A stretch of DNA of 64,000 bases from the human T2T-CHM13v2.0 reference genome, Homo sapiens. The notes under the pieces were generated by a model. It did not search any database and had not been told where the DNA came from. It saw nothing but the letters and a program-made list of their open reading frames with translations. The position numbers were made by a program, and so were the translations under genes. Shown here one piece after another: positions 25,761 through 42,245 of the stretch. Each line of letters begins with the position of its first letter. The stretch's first letter is position 1. The stretch is from NCBI RefSeq assembly GCF_009914755.1, contig NC_060934.1; one strand, 5' to 3'.

Positions 25761-25869
25761 GGAGCCACCCTGATTACTGCTGACAGGTGAGCCCTGGACC
25801 TACTGGAAGCTTCTGTCTCTGAATCAAAACCAGCAAGCCTCTAGTGTGTGTGTGTGCCAGCCACCGTTC

Positions 25870-26030
25870 CAGGAGCTTTTCCTAAGTGAGCTTGTTCACT
25901 CCACAGCAGCCCTGTGAGGAAGGTGTGAGGATTATGAATGTTCACCTCAGGACTCAGACAAGGTCACCAGGGTGCAGGAGGGAGAGCCAGGACTTGAACC
26001 CAGGGCCTCTGACCTCAGCTCCAGCCCTCT
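25870..26030 (-). mobile_element. MIR fragment
   Basis: 'cacagcagccctgtgaggaagg...aaggtcaccag...gagccaggacttgaacccagg'. Confidence 0.55.
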
Positions 26031-26212
26031 GCCTCTCCTCCCCTCACCAGTTTCAGAGGCTCATCCCTGACTCTTCTGAACCTTCCCAAATGTTTTTTAT
26101 CTTGGACTTATTTTGGTTTTTGAATATATGGGTTTTGATAAAAAAGAAAAATGTTGATTATTTATGCAATTAAATGTTCTTTATTCTAATACTTTGGTAT
26201 AAAATTCCATAT

Positions 26213-26517
26213 TTCTTTTTTTTATTATTATACTTTAAGTTTTAGGGTACATGTGCACAACGTGCAGGTTAGTTACATATGTATACATGTGCCATGTTGG
26301 TGTGCTGCACCCATTAACTTGTCATTCAACATTAGGTATATCTCCTAATGCTATCCCTCCCCCCTCCCCCCACCCCACAACAGGCCTCGGTGTGTGATGT
26401 TCCCCTTCCTGTGTCCATGTGTTCTCATTGTTCAATTCCCACCTATGAGTGAGAACATGCGGTGTTTGGTTTTTTGTCCTTGCGGTAGTTTGCTGAGAAT
26501 GATGGTTTCCAGCTTCA
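26213..26517 (-). mobile_element. 5'-truncated L1PA4-like 3' end
   Basis: poly(T) then 'tattattatactttaagttttagggtacatgtgcacaacgtgcagg...gagaatgatggtttccagcttca'. Confidence 0.93.
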
Positions 26518-28165
26518 ATCAAGTACATTACACATGGTTAAATAAATGGATAAGCTGGAGAATGTTTTGAATTTAATTATCCAATCCTTATTTTTAACAA
26601 TAAATTTATGACATTGCATAGTGCTTTAGTAGAGCCAATGATATATTTTAAACAGGTTTTCATTTTTTAAACGTGAACATTAGTAGCTCTACAAGATGCT
26701 AGTGTTGTTTTCTGCCTTAACTCATCAAATAACACTACTAGTTGTAGTTCTGTTTAGGATACTGCCTTTACTCAGACATTTACTGATTGTCTTAACATAT
26801 CTGGGAGTATTTCAACTATCAAATATCTTCTTTTGGGCCTTTGCTTAAATCCACTTCAGAAAATGTACAGTACATGGGTTCTGGCAATGACAGATATAAC
26901 TTTGACAAGCTTCCTAGGGAAACAAATATAAAATAGCAAGTGTGTAAGTGTATGCCTGTGTGAGTGCAAGCATGTGTGTGTGTGCATGTGTGTGTGTAAT
27001 TGGATGGATACACAGACAGCAGTTAATGCAGGTGGGACTTGAGGAGTTGGTGCCCTCCAGAGAAGTTAAGTAGAAGAGAGCTTCACATTCACCTTAGTGT
27101 CTTTCCTGGGAATGAATTCCATTTCAAAGGATTGAAGTGGAGTTGTGAGGAGAGATTGGGGGATGGGCAGACTCCAGGCAGAAAGCAGGAATTTTACTGA
27201 GAGACATAGATCAGAGTTCAGGGATAACAAAGTAGCTGAAAACGATGGGGCTACATCCCAGGGAGAAAGAAAAGTCAGAGAAATGAGCTGGAAAATCTGT
27301 GAACAACTTTTTTGAAAGTAGTTGGATAGCTCCTAAACTACTCAAGTGAGGGTAAGAATTCTAGAAATGAGCAGAAAACAGGGGCTGACAGCTCAAAAAA
27401 ATGAGGAGATTTTCAGTAGCCATAGGGTACTGAAGAGAAAGGAGCTCAAACTCTGCCAAGGTCAAGGGCTTTGAGAAGCACCTCAGGCTTCAGTTGAGAT
27501 CTCAAAAGGGCCGCCCCCACAGAGCAAGGGGCACATCCTGAGGGCAACATGAAAACCAGTGCATGCAGCCATAACAAACCCTAAAATTGATTATTGACGG
27601 GGCCAATGAGACATGACGGTGCTCTCCTTACATGCCAGAAGAAAACTTTACCACTTTGGTGAAAGACAACATCATTGGTAGCCTCTAAGACTTCCTTTTA
27701 TCTGCAAAGCTGCAAAGGCTGACCTCTAAGAAAAAATTACAGGACCTGCTAAAACTCAGCGCTGAAATACCAAAATCATAAATTTTAAAATAGTTTAATA
27801 TTATTAAGAATGCAGAGAAAAAGATGGAAACTTATCAGAAACTAGGAATCCCTGAAAAGGAAAGAAAAACTAAATTGGCATTTTAGTTCTAAAATAACAA
27901 TGAATTAAGTTAGCCATTTAACAAATACATTTAGTAAGAGATTAGACATACCAGATGAAAGAATTCCTAAGCCGTGCAACAATTAATTTGAAAGAATGTA
28001 AAATGATGCACAGAGAAGAATGGAAAATGTGGAGTGTAAGATACACATGGAGCCGAGTGAACAGGTCTACTTGATGTGGATCAGAGTCCCAGAAAAAGCA
28101 AGGGGGGTGGGGTGAGACTGGAGCAGCCTTTGAGAAAATGTTCATGGAAGATTTCCCCAAATTGC

Positions 28166-29018
28166 TGGATTCATCTGCTCAGGCTGCCAAAACAAAACAC
28201 CACCGTTTGGGCTTAAACAACAGAAGTTTATTTTCTTTTCTTTATTCTTATTATACTTTTAGTTCTGGGATATGTGTGCAGAATGTGCAGGTATGTTATA
28301 TAGGTATACACATGCCATGGTGGTTTGCTGCACCCATCAATCTGTCATCTACATTAGGTATTTGTCCTAATGTTATCCCTTCCCTAATCCCCCAACGCCC
28401 CAACAGGCCCTGGTGTGTGATGTTCCCCTCCCTGTGTTCATGTGTTCTCATTGTTCAACTCCCACTTATGAGTGAGAACATGTGGTGTTTGGTTTTCTGT
28501 TCTTGTGTAAGTTTGCTGAGAATGATGGTTTCCAGCTTCATCCATGTCCCAGCAAAGGACATGAACTCATCCTTTTTTTATGACTGCATAGTATTCCATG
28601 GTGTATATGTGCCACATTTTCCTTATCCAGTCTATCATTGATGGGCATTTGGGTTGGTTCCAAGTCTTTGCTATTGTGAACAGTGCTGCAATAAACATAC
28701 GTGTGCATGTTCTTACAGCTCTGTAAACTGAAAGTTCAAGATCAAGGTGCTGGCGGGGTTGGCCTCCCCATGGTTTGCAGACAGCTGCCTTCTCCTTTTG
28801 TCCTCAGTTGGCCTTTCTTCTGTGTGGCCCTGCAGGGAGAGAGCTCTGGCACCTCTTCCTCTTCTTACAAAGGACACCAGTCCTCTCAGAGTAGGGCCTA
28901 CCCCAGGACCTCGTTTAACCTTAATTGTCTCCTTAAAGGCCATATCTCCAGATACAGCCACACTGGGGATTAGAGCTTCAACATATGAATTTTTTTGGGA
29001 AACAATTCAGTCATAACC
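28166..29018 (-). mobile_element. MaLR LTR MLT1A, interrupted by an L1PA7/8-like element
   Basis: 'tctgctcaggctgccaaaacaaaacaccaccgtttgggcttaaacaacagaagtttatt' | L1 | 'tcttacagctctg...tcaagatcaaggtgctggc...aacaattcagtcataacc'; possible 5-bp TSD attgc/aatgc. Confidence 0.8.
28236..28710 (-). mobile_element. 5'-truncated L1PA7/8-like 3' end
   Basis: 'ttatacttttagttctgggatatgtgtgcagaatgtgcagg...atgccatggtggtttgctgcacccatcaa...gcaataaacatacgtgtgcatgt'. Confidence 0.9.
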
Positions 29019-30460
29019 AATGCCACAAACTAATTAAAATACCAAATAAAAGAGTGGACACACTCAGCAAACCCAAAGCAGGATAAACGCTAAGAAAACC
29101 CACCTAAGATCATCATTCTCAAATTTTTTAAAACCAAAGTCAAAGAGAAAAATCTTTAAAATAGCCAGAGGGGGAAATTGGGTCACTACCTTCAGAGCAG
29201 CAAAGCTGACATTTCAACACAGACAGAGATCCAGAAGACATGGAATAATATGATCTTGGGAGAAGGTACCGCAATGTAATTTCAAAAACAGAAAAGAGGC
29301 AAGAAGAGTAAATTAGCCCCTCTATATTTTACTTTAACTCACCAGTTATTTTCATTTTACTCATTTATCTTTTGTGCATGTTCTCTCTTTACGCACACAC
29401 ATATATATGGATTTTTTCATCATTTAAGATTATGTTACAGACACGGTGTCCTTTTATCCCTAAACACTTCACATTACTATGAAAACAAACTTGCTAACTA
29501 GAGTTCATTATTTGTTTATAGACTTTTTTCCCGTCTTTCTAATCATGCTACATAGTCAAATTGTTGTGTTCAACATTCTGGGTTTAGTTTTTTTCCCTTC
29601 AGTGTGTTTATGTTATTCACTTGAAATAAATTAGTGTTACTTCATTCCCATGTTGTATTTTAAGGACTTTGACTATGTAAAATCTTAATGTGGTTCCAAA
29701 ATTCAAAACAATACTAAAAGTAACACTCACAAAAGTATCCTTCCCAGTACTTTTTACTCCATTGCCAACAGGCCTTATAGGTAACCAGTCTCATCAGTTT
29801 CTGGCTTACTCTCCCTTTCATTCCCTCCCCTTCCCTCCCATTCCTTCCCCTCTCCTTCTCCTTCATCTTTTATTTGTATAAATTTAATGGGTACAAGTGT
29901 AATTGCGCCATAGGGATATATTGCAGAGTGGCTAAGGGCTTTTTTGTCCATCACTCAAACAACACATACTGTACGTTGGTAATCTCTCATCACACACCAC
30001 CCGCTCCAACACTCCCGCCCTTCCAAGTGCCCAGTGTCTGTCACTCCACTCTCTATGTTCATGTCTACACATTATTTAGCTCTCACTTATATGTGAGAAC
30101 ATGCAGTGTTTGTCTTTCTGTTTCTGACTCATTTCACTTAAGATAGTGGTCCCTAGTTCCATCCATGTTCCTGCAAAGGACATGATTTCATTCTTTTTCA
30201 TGGCTGAATAGTACTCTGCTGTGTATATATACACCACATTTTCTCTATCAATCATCTGTTGATGGATACTTAGGCTGACTCTCTTTTTGTTACTGTGAAG
30301 AGTGCTGTGATAAACTTATGAGTGCAGGTATCTTTTTGATAAAATGATTCCTTCTCCTTTGGGTAGAGTCCCAGTAATGGGATTGCTGGACTGAATGGTA
30401 GTTCTATTTATGGTTATTTGCAGAATCTCCACAGTTTTCCATAGAGGTTGTACTAGTTTA

Positions 30461-31135
<675 letters not shown>

Positions 31136-31308
31136 CACATCTGTTATTTTTAAATCTTTTCAATAATAGCTATTCTTACTGGTGTCAGATGGTGTCCCAT
31201 TGTGGTTTTGATTTGCATTTCTCCGATTGGTGATGTTGAGCATGTTTTTCATATGTCTGTGTGTCTTCTTTCAAAAAATGGCTATTCATGTCCTACGCCT
31301 ACTTTTAG

Positions 31309-31603
31309 TTTTTTTTTTTTTTTTTTTTTTTTTTGAGGCTGTCACCAGGCTAAGAATGCAGTGGCACAACCTCAGCTCAATGGAAACTCCGACCCCAGGT
31401 TCAAGCAATTCTTGTGCTTCAGCTTTCTGAGTAGCCGGGACTACAGGCGTACGCCACCATGCCTGGCTAAATTTTGTATTTTTAGTAGAGTCAGGGTTTT
31501 GCCCTGTTGGCCAGGCTGGTCTCAAACTCCTGGCCTCAAGTGATTCGCCCTCCTCTGCCTCCCAAAGAGGTGGGATTACAGACATGAGCCACCACGCCTG
31601 GCC
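31309..31603 (-). mobile_element. Alu (Sz/Jb-like)
   Basis: poly(T), 'ctcaaactcctggcctcaagtgat...gagccaccacgcctggcc'. Confidence 0.92.
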
Positions 31604-31627
31604 CATATGCTCACTTTTTAATGGTTC

Positions 31628-31809
31628 GCTTCCCTTCCTTCCCGTCCCTCCCTCCTCCCCTCCCGTTTCCCTCCCCTCTCCCCTCCCCTCCTCTCCCCTC
31701 CCCTTCACTTCTCCTCCCCTCCTGTCCCCTTTTCCTCCCTTCCCTTCCCTTTCTTCTTTCCTTCCCTTTCTCTCTTTCTCTTTTTAGCACTTTCTCCTCC
31801 CTTTTCTTA

Positions 31810-31810
<1 letters not shown>
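31628..31810. repeat. Polypyrimidine low-complexity tract
   Basis: (CCCT)/(CCTT)/(CT)-type runs. Confidence 0.9.
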
Positions 31811-34500
<2,690 letters not shown>

Positions 34501-35279
34501 CACTGAAAGACTTTGATCTAAATTTTCTGTTTATTCTCACGTTAGCTTTGCATAAATGAAGGCTGCTTATGTCTATTCCTATAGTGATGGTTTGGAGGAT
34601 ATTGCACGCTTTATGTCCTCAGAGCAACTTCTGTCTTTATAGCACAGTGTAGCTACTGAGTGGGCTTTGGGGGTTATGGGCAGTAGGGGTGTAGACTTCG
34701 ATGTTTTGGGACCTATTTTATCATGGAGGATTCTAAAGTTTGCCTTGTCTTTTTTTTCACCACCCAGTCTCTAATGGGGGCCTTTTCCTCAATTTTTACC
34801 TTCTTCTCCCTCAGAAACAATGTCTTTCTGTGCTCCACTTAATTTAAGTATTTTCCCTGTAGTCAGTACACTGATCTGATGGGATCGTTTCAGAGTTTTT
34901 ACATTTAGGATGGACTTTCTATTTTTGTCTTTGTTTTTAGGTACATTTTAGGCTTTTTGTTTTTATCCTTTATTTTCTGTGCATTTCCCCAAATTTCACT
35001 AGATTTCCACAAAGATTTGCAGTGGAAGCTCAAGAGAAGTCGCTGCTATGGTCTTGTCATTAATTTTCTGCCAATAGGTAATTTGAAGTTTGTGGTGTTC
35101 TTTGCCTTTCTGTTAAGAAGAACATGTTTGATTTCTTCTCATTTTGCTGTACAGTATCTTTGAAGCTGTGTGAGGAGAGTCAGATGGAGGTGGCTCTTAT
35201 TACCTCAGCCACCTGGAAATGCTGAAATGACATCCATAAAGGAATCTCAACAATTATACTCAGTTAAATAATTGTTCAA

Positions 35280-35740
35280 AAACGGAGGTGAATACACAAG
35301 AGGTGGCTCCGGTAGACATTAAGAAGTGAAATATAAACACGTTTGGGTACATCTGCACAATGAAATACTACATGGCAATACTGACGAAGAACAGGCGATG
35401 CAACAATAATTGAGCTTGGCAATGTTATGCTGAGCACAGAGCCAGACATAAAGAGCCTGCTGTGTGACTCCATCTACCTTCAACTCTAGAAGATGAGAAG
35501 CCTCATGCACACATACACAGTACCAGGAAGCAAATTAGGAGCTGCCTGGGGCTGGGTGCAGGTGGCCTGGGACTTCTAATGCAGAGGCAGGAGGAGACCT
35601 CAGGATAGTGGAAGTGCTGTCTATCTTGATTGTCATAGTGGTTACATGGATGGATACTTTTGTCAAAGCTCATTCAACTGTTCAGCTAATATAGATGCAT
35701 GTTATTAGATGTAAATTGTACCTCACAGTTGATTTCTTCA
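35280..35740 (+). mobile_element. Old L1 (L1ME/L1MD) 3' end
   Basis: 'aatgaaatacta', 'gttatgctgagcacagagccagacataaaga', 'tttgtcaaagctcattcaactg...gtaaattgtacctca'. Confidence 0.75.
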
Positions 35741-38700
35741 AAAGGCAAAGATGTTTTCAGGAAAAAACAAAAGCTAAGGGAACTCATTTCCATCAGAACT
35801 GCACTACAAAGTACACTGCAAGCAACGGAAGCTTTTTCAGATTCAGGGAAATTGTCCAAGATGGGAGCCTGGGTCTGTGGAAATAAATAAAGAGCCTCAT
35901 TTTGGAGGCTTGGCCCCTGCATTCACAGGGAGATGCAGCCTCCCAGAAGAGCCTTCCGGGATCCACACACTGTCCCCAATCAGAGCTGGCTGGAGATGCT
36001 CGGGATGGGGCATTTCCTCTGAGAGCATCCATAGCTGAAGCTGGGGTACCCAGCACCGTCAATTACTGTGACCAACATAAGCAAGTTTTTCATTGTAACA
36101 GGTTGAAGTTGATGGTCATAAACGCTTTGCACATTGATCCATTTTTAACTCGTTACATAACTCTTTAGTTGCCAGTTCAAGAAAATAACAATAAGTGAAG
36201 CTTGAAGTATTCCTGAATATATACATAGTAATGAATTTTTCAGTTCATAGTGCTGAATCACTGGCGGCCCTATTCTTAAGCATGGAAGGGCTCAGGGAAT
36301 ATCAAAACTATACATCCTCTTGAAATGTCTATTTGCCAATTGAATTTTGAAAACCAATAGATGAGTTAAAATAGAGTTCTCAGGAATGGAAAATCTGTGA
36401 TAGAAGGACTGATGGTGAACACTAATTCATCTATTTGCAGTCCTGGTAATACACAGCAGTGAGAATAACAGTTACAGAACAGAATGTTTTATAAATCTTG
36501 ACAATAATAATCAAAATAATGATACTATACTGGCTCTAACAAAAATTGAAGGAGATAAGAAGTGAGTGGGTAAAATTCTGTGCCTTTTAAAATCTCTTCT
36601 TCCAGACAAGGGAGTCGATCATTACTGAGTAAAATGGAAGCCTTATTGCAACAAAGAACTGAAACCTCAGTATTTTTCATAATGTTTTGATTTAAAATCT
36701 CAGAGGGATCTTTTATGAAATAGAACAAAGAAAATATTTCTCTAAAATTTAGCAGTTTCCTGAGTTTCACTTCTGTTCCTGTTTAATTCCAGTGAAATTA
36801 AGCTTAATGTATTTTTTAAACACTGATGTATATTCTAATTCTGTTATAACATTTTCTCTCACCTTCATGTTTCTGTTCTTCCACCTGTATGTAGGCAGAA
36901 AATACACTAATGCTAATGATATAATATGCATAGTGGTTATTATTTAGAATTAAGATTTGGGGATTTTTTTCTTTTACCTGTTGAAAGGTGCACTTTTGCA
37001 TTTTTGTAAGAGTCACCATGGTAATGATAGCTCATGCTTGTGAGTGCTCTTACAGTCCCAGGGAAATACTTGGTGATCATCACCTTCTCACTGCCTCAAC
37101 CCTCAGAAGAACCCTATGAAGCAGTTCCCACCTGCACAGACTAGAGCAACAAGGGACAGAAAGTTCAGTGACTTTCTCAAGATGCTGAGGCTGGCCAGTG
37201 GCTGAGCCTATGGGTAAGTCTGGCTGGAGCCTGGGCTCCTGCCCTTGGTGCGTCACCGGCGGAAGCAGGTGTGGTTTCTCTGCTGGCTGGGCACCAATCA
37301 GCAGCTGGCCAGGAGGCGAACACTGCAGCAGCCATTAAACAGAGATAATTTACTATAAGGAATAACAAGTTTGGTATAAAGTTGTTAACTGGGTGACTGG
37401 TAAGTAGAAGATGCTGCCATCTCATAAAGGCAGGAACTGCTGAAGGCACTTGGAGATCTAAGGAAGAGGTTGAGATCATTAAGATTTTGAACCTGGAGGC
37501 AGGTTTCCACAGAGCTGACCCTTAGAGGTCCTGGGGTGGGCTGTGTGTTGGCCGGTGCGCGTCAGCCTCTGAGCTGGAGGAGGGTTGTGGGACCAGGATG
37601 CAGGCCTGTGGGGAGTGTGTGTGGGGTGTGGCGGATGGTTCTGCCTGTGTCCAGATCGCTCCAGCAGAGATCTCTATGGGAAGAGGCCTCCACTGTGGGG
37701 GTGAAGCCATGTCCCTAGGTGACCTTCACTGGAACCACCACTAGAGAAGTAAATCAGAAGAAACAAAAAGAAAACAAGAACGGTCCTCTTCCTCAACCAC
37801 TTGTTCAGCAGTCTCCCTCTGCCATCACCTCCTGGCACAGCCTGAAATGGAGCCAGCTGGAGCATCAAAAATAGGGCATGCAGAGTCCCCACTGTGGCAT
37901 CGAGGTAGAGGTGGGACAGTGGGTTGTGTGGAGGGACACGGCATGGTTCCAGGCACAGCTCTGGTGGCTGTGAGTTCACTCACAGCTTTGACACCCCTGT
38001 ACAATGCGCATCTGTTTCCACCCAGCAAAACCCTGCTGCCTTCATGCAATCAAGCCATTTTCATTCTTTCCCAAAATTGAGGAGACCCCAAGTGGCGTTA
38101 GACTTTGCATACATGTCTGGGACACACACTGCCCATCTCTGGGCTAATGTCAAACACTCCTCAAATTCAAACACAGGTTCTTCTTAATATGAGGTCACCT
38201 GAACTTGAAAGTGCAAAGATTACCTCAGAGGGGCTGTGTATAAATAACAGGGGGCAGAGGGGAGAGAAGAGGAGCAGAGACCACACACGTGTCTCTGCAG
38301 CGAGGAGCAGATATTGGTGCCCCCATAACGGGCCAGGGGCTGAAGTGGACCCTTCCAACCTCATTTCAGGGACTGCAATGAAGAATGGTAGGGAAGCTTG
38401 GGGGTTGGAGTAAGGTCAACCCAAAGTTCTGTTTTCCAAATAAAAAAATGAAAAGAAGCCTGCAGGAGAAGATAAGCCTCCCATTCCCCAGCCAGGTAGG
38501 TTTTCCTACAGGACAACTTGCCTCCAAGCATGTTAAGCATTGCACTGAAATGTCCCTGGAGGAGAAAGGTGGCAGTTTTTGAAAGGGAAGGGTTGCAGCC
38601 TGGAGCATCTCTCCTGAACATGGAAGGATAACAGGGCTGTGAGGCAGCTGCAGAGGGCACAGAGTCCAGGCCACACAGAACAACTGGAGCTAGGAGCTAA

Positions 38701-38905
38701 ATGGCAGCACGCTGTGTTTGGTTCTGGGCTCTGAACCTCAGGCAGCTGTGTGGTTACTCCTCCTGCTCAGAGCTTAGGGGTCATAGATTGAAAGAATTGT
38801 GATTCCTGGGCAGAGGAATGAACCTGCAGACTGCAGCCCGGTGGCAGGGTCAGAATTCTCCCAGTAAGTTACCTCTTGAACTTCTCACCTTGCTAATTGT
38901 GCATT

Positions 38906-39020
38906 GGAGGAGGAAGGAAGGAAGAAAGGAAGGAAGGAAGGAGGGAAGGAAGGAAGGAAGGGAGGGAAGGAAGGAAGGGAGGGAGGGAGGGAGGGAGGGA
39001 GGGAGGGAGGGAGGGAAAGA
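38906..39020. repeat. Polypurine (GGAA)n/(GGGA)n microsatellite
   Basis: Directly visible. Confidence 0.95.
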
Positions 39021-39200
39021 GTCCAGGGATGGAATCAGACAGACCTGACTTCAAATCCCAAATCAGGATCCCAGCTTTGTGATCTGAACCCATTATTTGA
39101 ACTCCCTGAGCCCTGGGCTCTCTAAAAGCTGCTTTGTGTGGTCATGTTGATAATGAACAATAGTGTGTGCACTCTCCCTGGTGCCTGGCTCAGAGAAGTG
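39021..39200 (+). mobile_element. MIR fragment
   Basis: 'ggaatcagacagacctgacttcaaatccca...gtgcctggctcagagaagtg'. Confidence 0.55.
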
Positions 39201-39504
39201 GGAAGTCTGTTGCTCCTGGTAGCCTTCAATGGTGGCTATGTCACTAGAGGTGTCCCAAGGACCTAACAGACTCCATTCTGTAGCCTGGAATCCCATCACA
39301 CCTGTTTTCAGGAAGGGGTTCTGAGGGCCCATGGGCACCCATGCTCTCTTGGTCCCTGAGATGCATGCTGACAGAGGCTGAGTCTGCAACCAGGGTTAAT
39401 GAAGCAGGGAGGTCACCCGGTCCTCCCTATGGCTGAGGCAGAGGAGCTGTGCTCTCAGAGACACTTCGCTATGTCAGAACAGGTGGTATGAAAATGCACA
39501 AGGA

Positions 39505-39825
39505 GGCCGGGTGTGGTGATTCACGCTTGTAATTCCAGCACTTTGGGAGTCCGAGGCGGGGGAATCACCTGAGGTTGGGAGTTCGAGACCAGCCTGACCA
39601 ACATGGAGAAACCGCATCTCTACTAAAAATACAAAATTAGCAAGGCGTGGTGGGCCCTGTAATCCTAGCTACTCAGGAGGCTGAGGCAGGAGAATAGCTT
39701 GAACACAGGAGGCAGAGGCAGAGATTGTGGTGAGCCAAGATTGCACCATTACACTCCAGCCTGGGCAACAAGAGTGAAACTCCATCTAAAAAAAAAAAAG
39801 AAAAGAAAAGAAAAAAAAGAAAGAA
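39505..39825 (+). mobile_element. AluSp-like element
   Basis: 'cacctgaggttgggagttcgagaccagcctgaccaacatggagaaacc'; TSD gaaaatgcacaagga / gaaaatcacaagaa. Confidence 0.93.
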
Positions 39826-41533
39826 AATCACAAGAAAACGGAGTCCTCTCCAGGAGAGCTTGGGGAGGGGTCTGGGAAGCAGCGGGCTATGGAGCCATCC
39901 AGCCTCCTGCACCCTCTGAAGCCTTTCTGCCTCTCCTGCAGACTCCCACCTTCCCTTCCTCCAGTCTGCTCCTCCTTCATGTGACTTAACCCTGTTTCCA
40001 GGCTTAGCCAAGCCAGTTCCTCAAGCCCTCTCCTGTTCAACACCTGCTCTGACCCCTCCTATCTCTAATAACTAAAACCACATTGTCCCATGGAACTAGT
40101 GAACTTGCCTCTTCCAAGAAGACTTCCCGGATTGACCTGCTCTGTTTTGCTGTCTCATCCCTTCTCTTTCCTGGGAATGTGGCCCTGGTCCTCCACAGTC
40201 ATGTGCAGCCATCTCTGTGAGGTTACACAAGGTTCTTCCAACTTTGATCCAGCCTTTTCCTATAGGTTTATCTGGCTGGACCAATGACTCTATGGGTTTG
40301 GGGAGCCCTCACTTGATATTTATTTTCCTCAGACAAGGGGAGCACAAAATGGAGGTGCTATTTGGGTAGAGTCTTTATATCAAAATCATGTGAATTGACA
40401 TTTTCCTCACCCACAGCTGACAGAGCTCAAAATCAGTGGGGGCTCTAAGATGCTCACAGAGGAGCCTGTGCAACTGAGATGAAAATCGTGCACTTGCACG
40501 GGGCCTTGAGGGTCATTTGTAACTCACAGATTGACGCTGCTCAAACCGTGACTATTGGAACTGAGAGAGCATCTTGTCAATGCAAGAAATCTGAGCACAT
40601 TTTCTTCCATTGCGATGACTGTTTGGGCTTGGACACATTCCACCAGCTGGCATGGCCATGTATATTTTACAAAGCCATTAAGAAGTTATCTTCCTGACAT
40701 TTGCTGGTTATCTCCAAAAGTGCATGCCATCTGATTCTTTCGTCGAAGAGCTTCCTCAGTGATGACAAACCAAGTCCCAGGTTTATGGGGCAGCTGAGAG
40801 CTCTCTACTTTCTGTCCTCCCTCCATCCTGCTTATAGGACACACCCAGGTGATACAGCCTGAATTTCTGGCAATGCTCATATGAACTGCAAGCTCCTCTG
40901 GAGGTAACGTGGGTGTGTCAGGACACAGCGTCTGTGCAGTGGAGACAGCACAAGTCACTGCGGGGTAACTGATGAGATGTTCCACACTAAACTTCAATCC
41001 ACTTCTAAATGACAACGCATGGTTTTACCTTTTGGGCCTAGTCACTTTCATCCAGAATGAATTATAAACATAAACTTCAATCTACCACAATGGAATCAGT
41101 TTCCCAATCACATTTTATTTGCCATTATTTTCAAAACCAAACACCTCAGGCTTTGTGGACCTGAAAAAAAAGAAACTGGAAACGGACATTTTCTGTAAAC
41201 AAATCCTGCTTCTGGTCCCGTGGGCGACCACGGCAAGTCCATCAGCGGATGTGCTCAGCCTCTCCCAGCTTGGCCCAGCACCACACATGCTGCCGATGCC
41301 CGTTAGCACTCGTGTAGCTCAGGTCATGAAGAGCACACTGACCTTGTCATATGTAACTGTGCGTAGATGGTTGAGAGGTGAGCCGGGGTCATACATGTGT
41401 GTGTGCAAGGTATAGCCAAGTCCAATGTGTCAGCTACTTGGGGGCCTGGTGGTGATGGCCTGAGAAGGTCACTTGGTTCCATCTCCAATAACAACAGCAA
41501 GAGCCAGGGATTGTGGAAATTGAGAGTGTCAAG

Positions 41534-42042
41534 TGTACTCATGAGGGTTCTCCAGAGAAGCAGACCCGATGGGCTATCTCGTGTATAGAGCCATCTGTCC
41601 ATCTGTCTGTCTGTCTGTCCACATCTCCATGTGGATTTTTTTTTTTTTATGAGGAATCGACTCATGTGATCATGACTGTTATGGAGGCAGAGAAGCCCCT
41701 TGATCTGCAATCTGCAAGCTGGAGACCCAGGAAGGCTGGGGACGTAACTCAGTTGGAGTCCAGAGGCCTGAAACCCAGGGTGGTTGACAATGTGAATCCC
41801 CGGCTGAGGGCAGGGGAAGATGAGCGGAGCCAGCTTGGGCTGGCAATGAGGCAGGAAAAAGGGGCACATGCCCCCTCCTCTCCTGTTGCTCTATTCAGGC
41901 CCTCGGTGGATTGGGCAAGGCCCACCCACACTGGGGACACCATCTGCTTCAAATGCTAAACTCATCCAGAAGCCCCCGAACAGACACCCTGAGATCTGGG
42001 CCCCCTGTGGCCCACTCGACTTGACCCAAAACCATCCCATCA
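41534..42042 (-). mobile_element. ERVL LTR, MLT2 (C/D-like)
   Basis: 'agggttctccagagaagcagacc', 'tctgcaagctggagacccaggaaggctgg', 'aaatgctaaactcatccagaa', 'gacttgacccaaaaccatcccatca'. Confidence 0.85.
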
Positions 42043-42245
42043 AGGCGGGCCAGCAGTCAGGGTCTCTTCCGCTGTCCTCTGCCTTGGGCCAGATGGCCAT
42101 GAGCCTGGGGCTGCTCCCCTCCCTCCAGCCCTGGGCGCTGCCTCCGAGGCACCTGAGCACGGTTCTAGCAGAGCCTGTCTTGGGCACCTCGAGTGATAAA
42201 TGTGCACACCTAATGTCATCATTCTAAAAGTCCCGCTTATGAAAA

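Larger units (their letters stand above)
27780..29260 (+). mobile_element. Old L1M ORF1 remnant interrupted by MLT1A
   Basis: ORF1-like 'tttgagaaaatgttcatggaagatttccccaaattg' continues after the LTR as 'acccaaagcaggataaac...aaaaccaaagtcaaagagaaaaatctttaaaatagccagag'. Confidence 0.6.
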
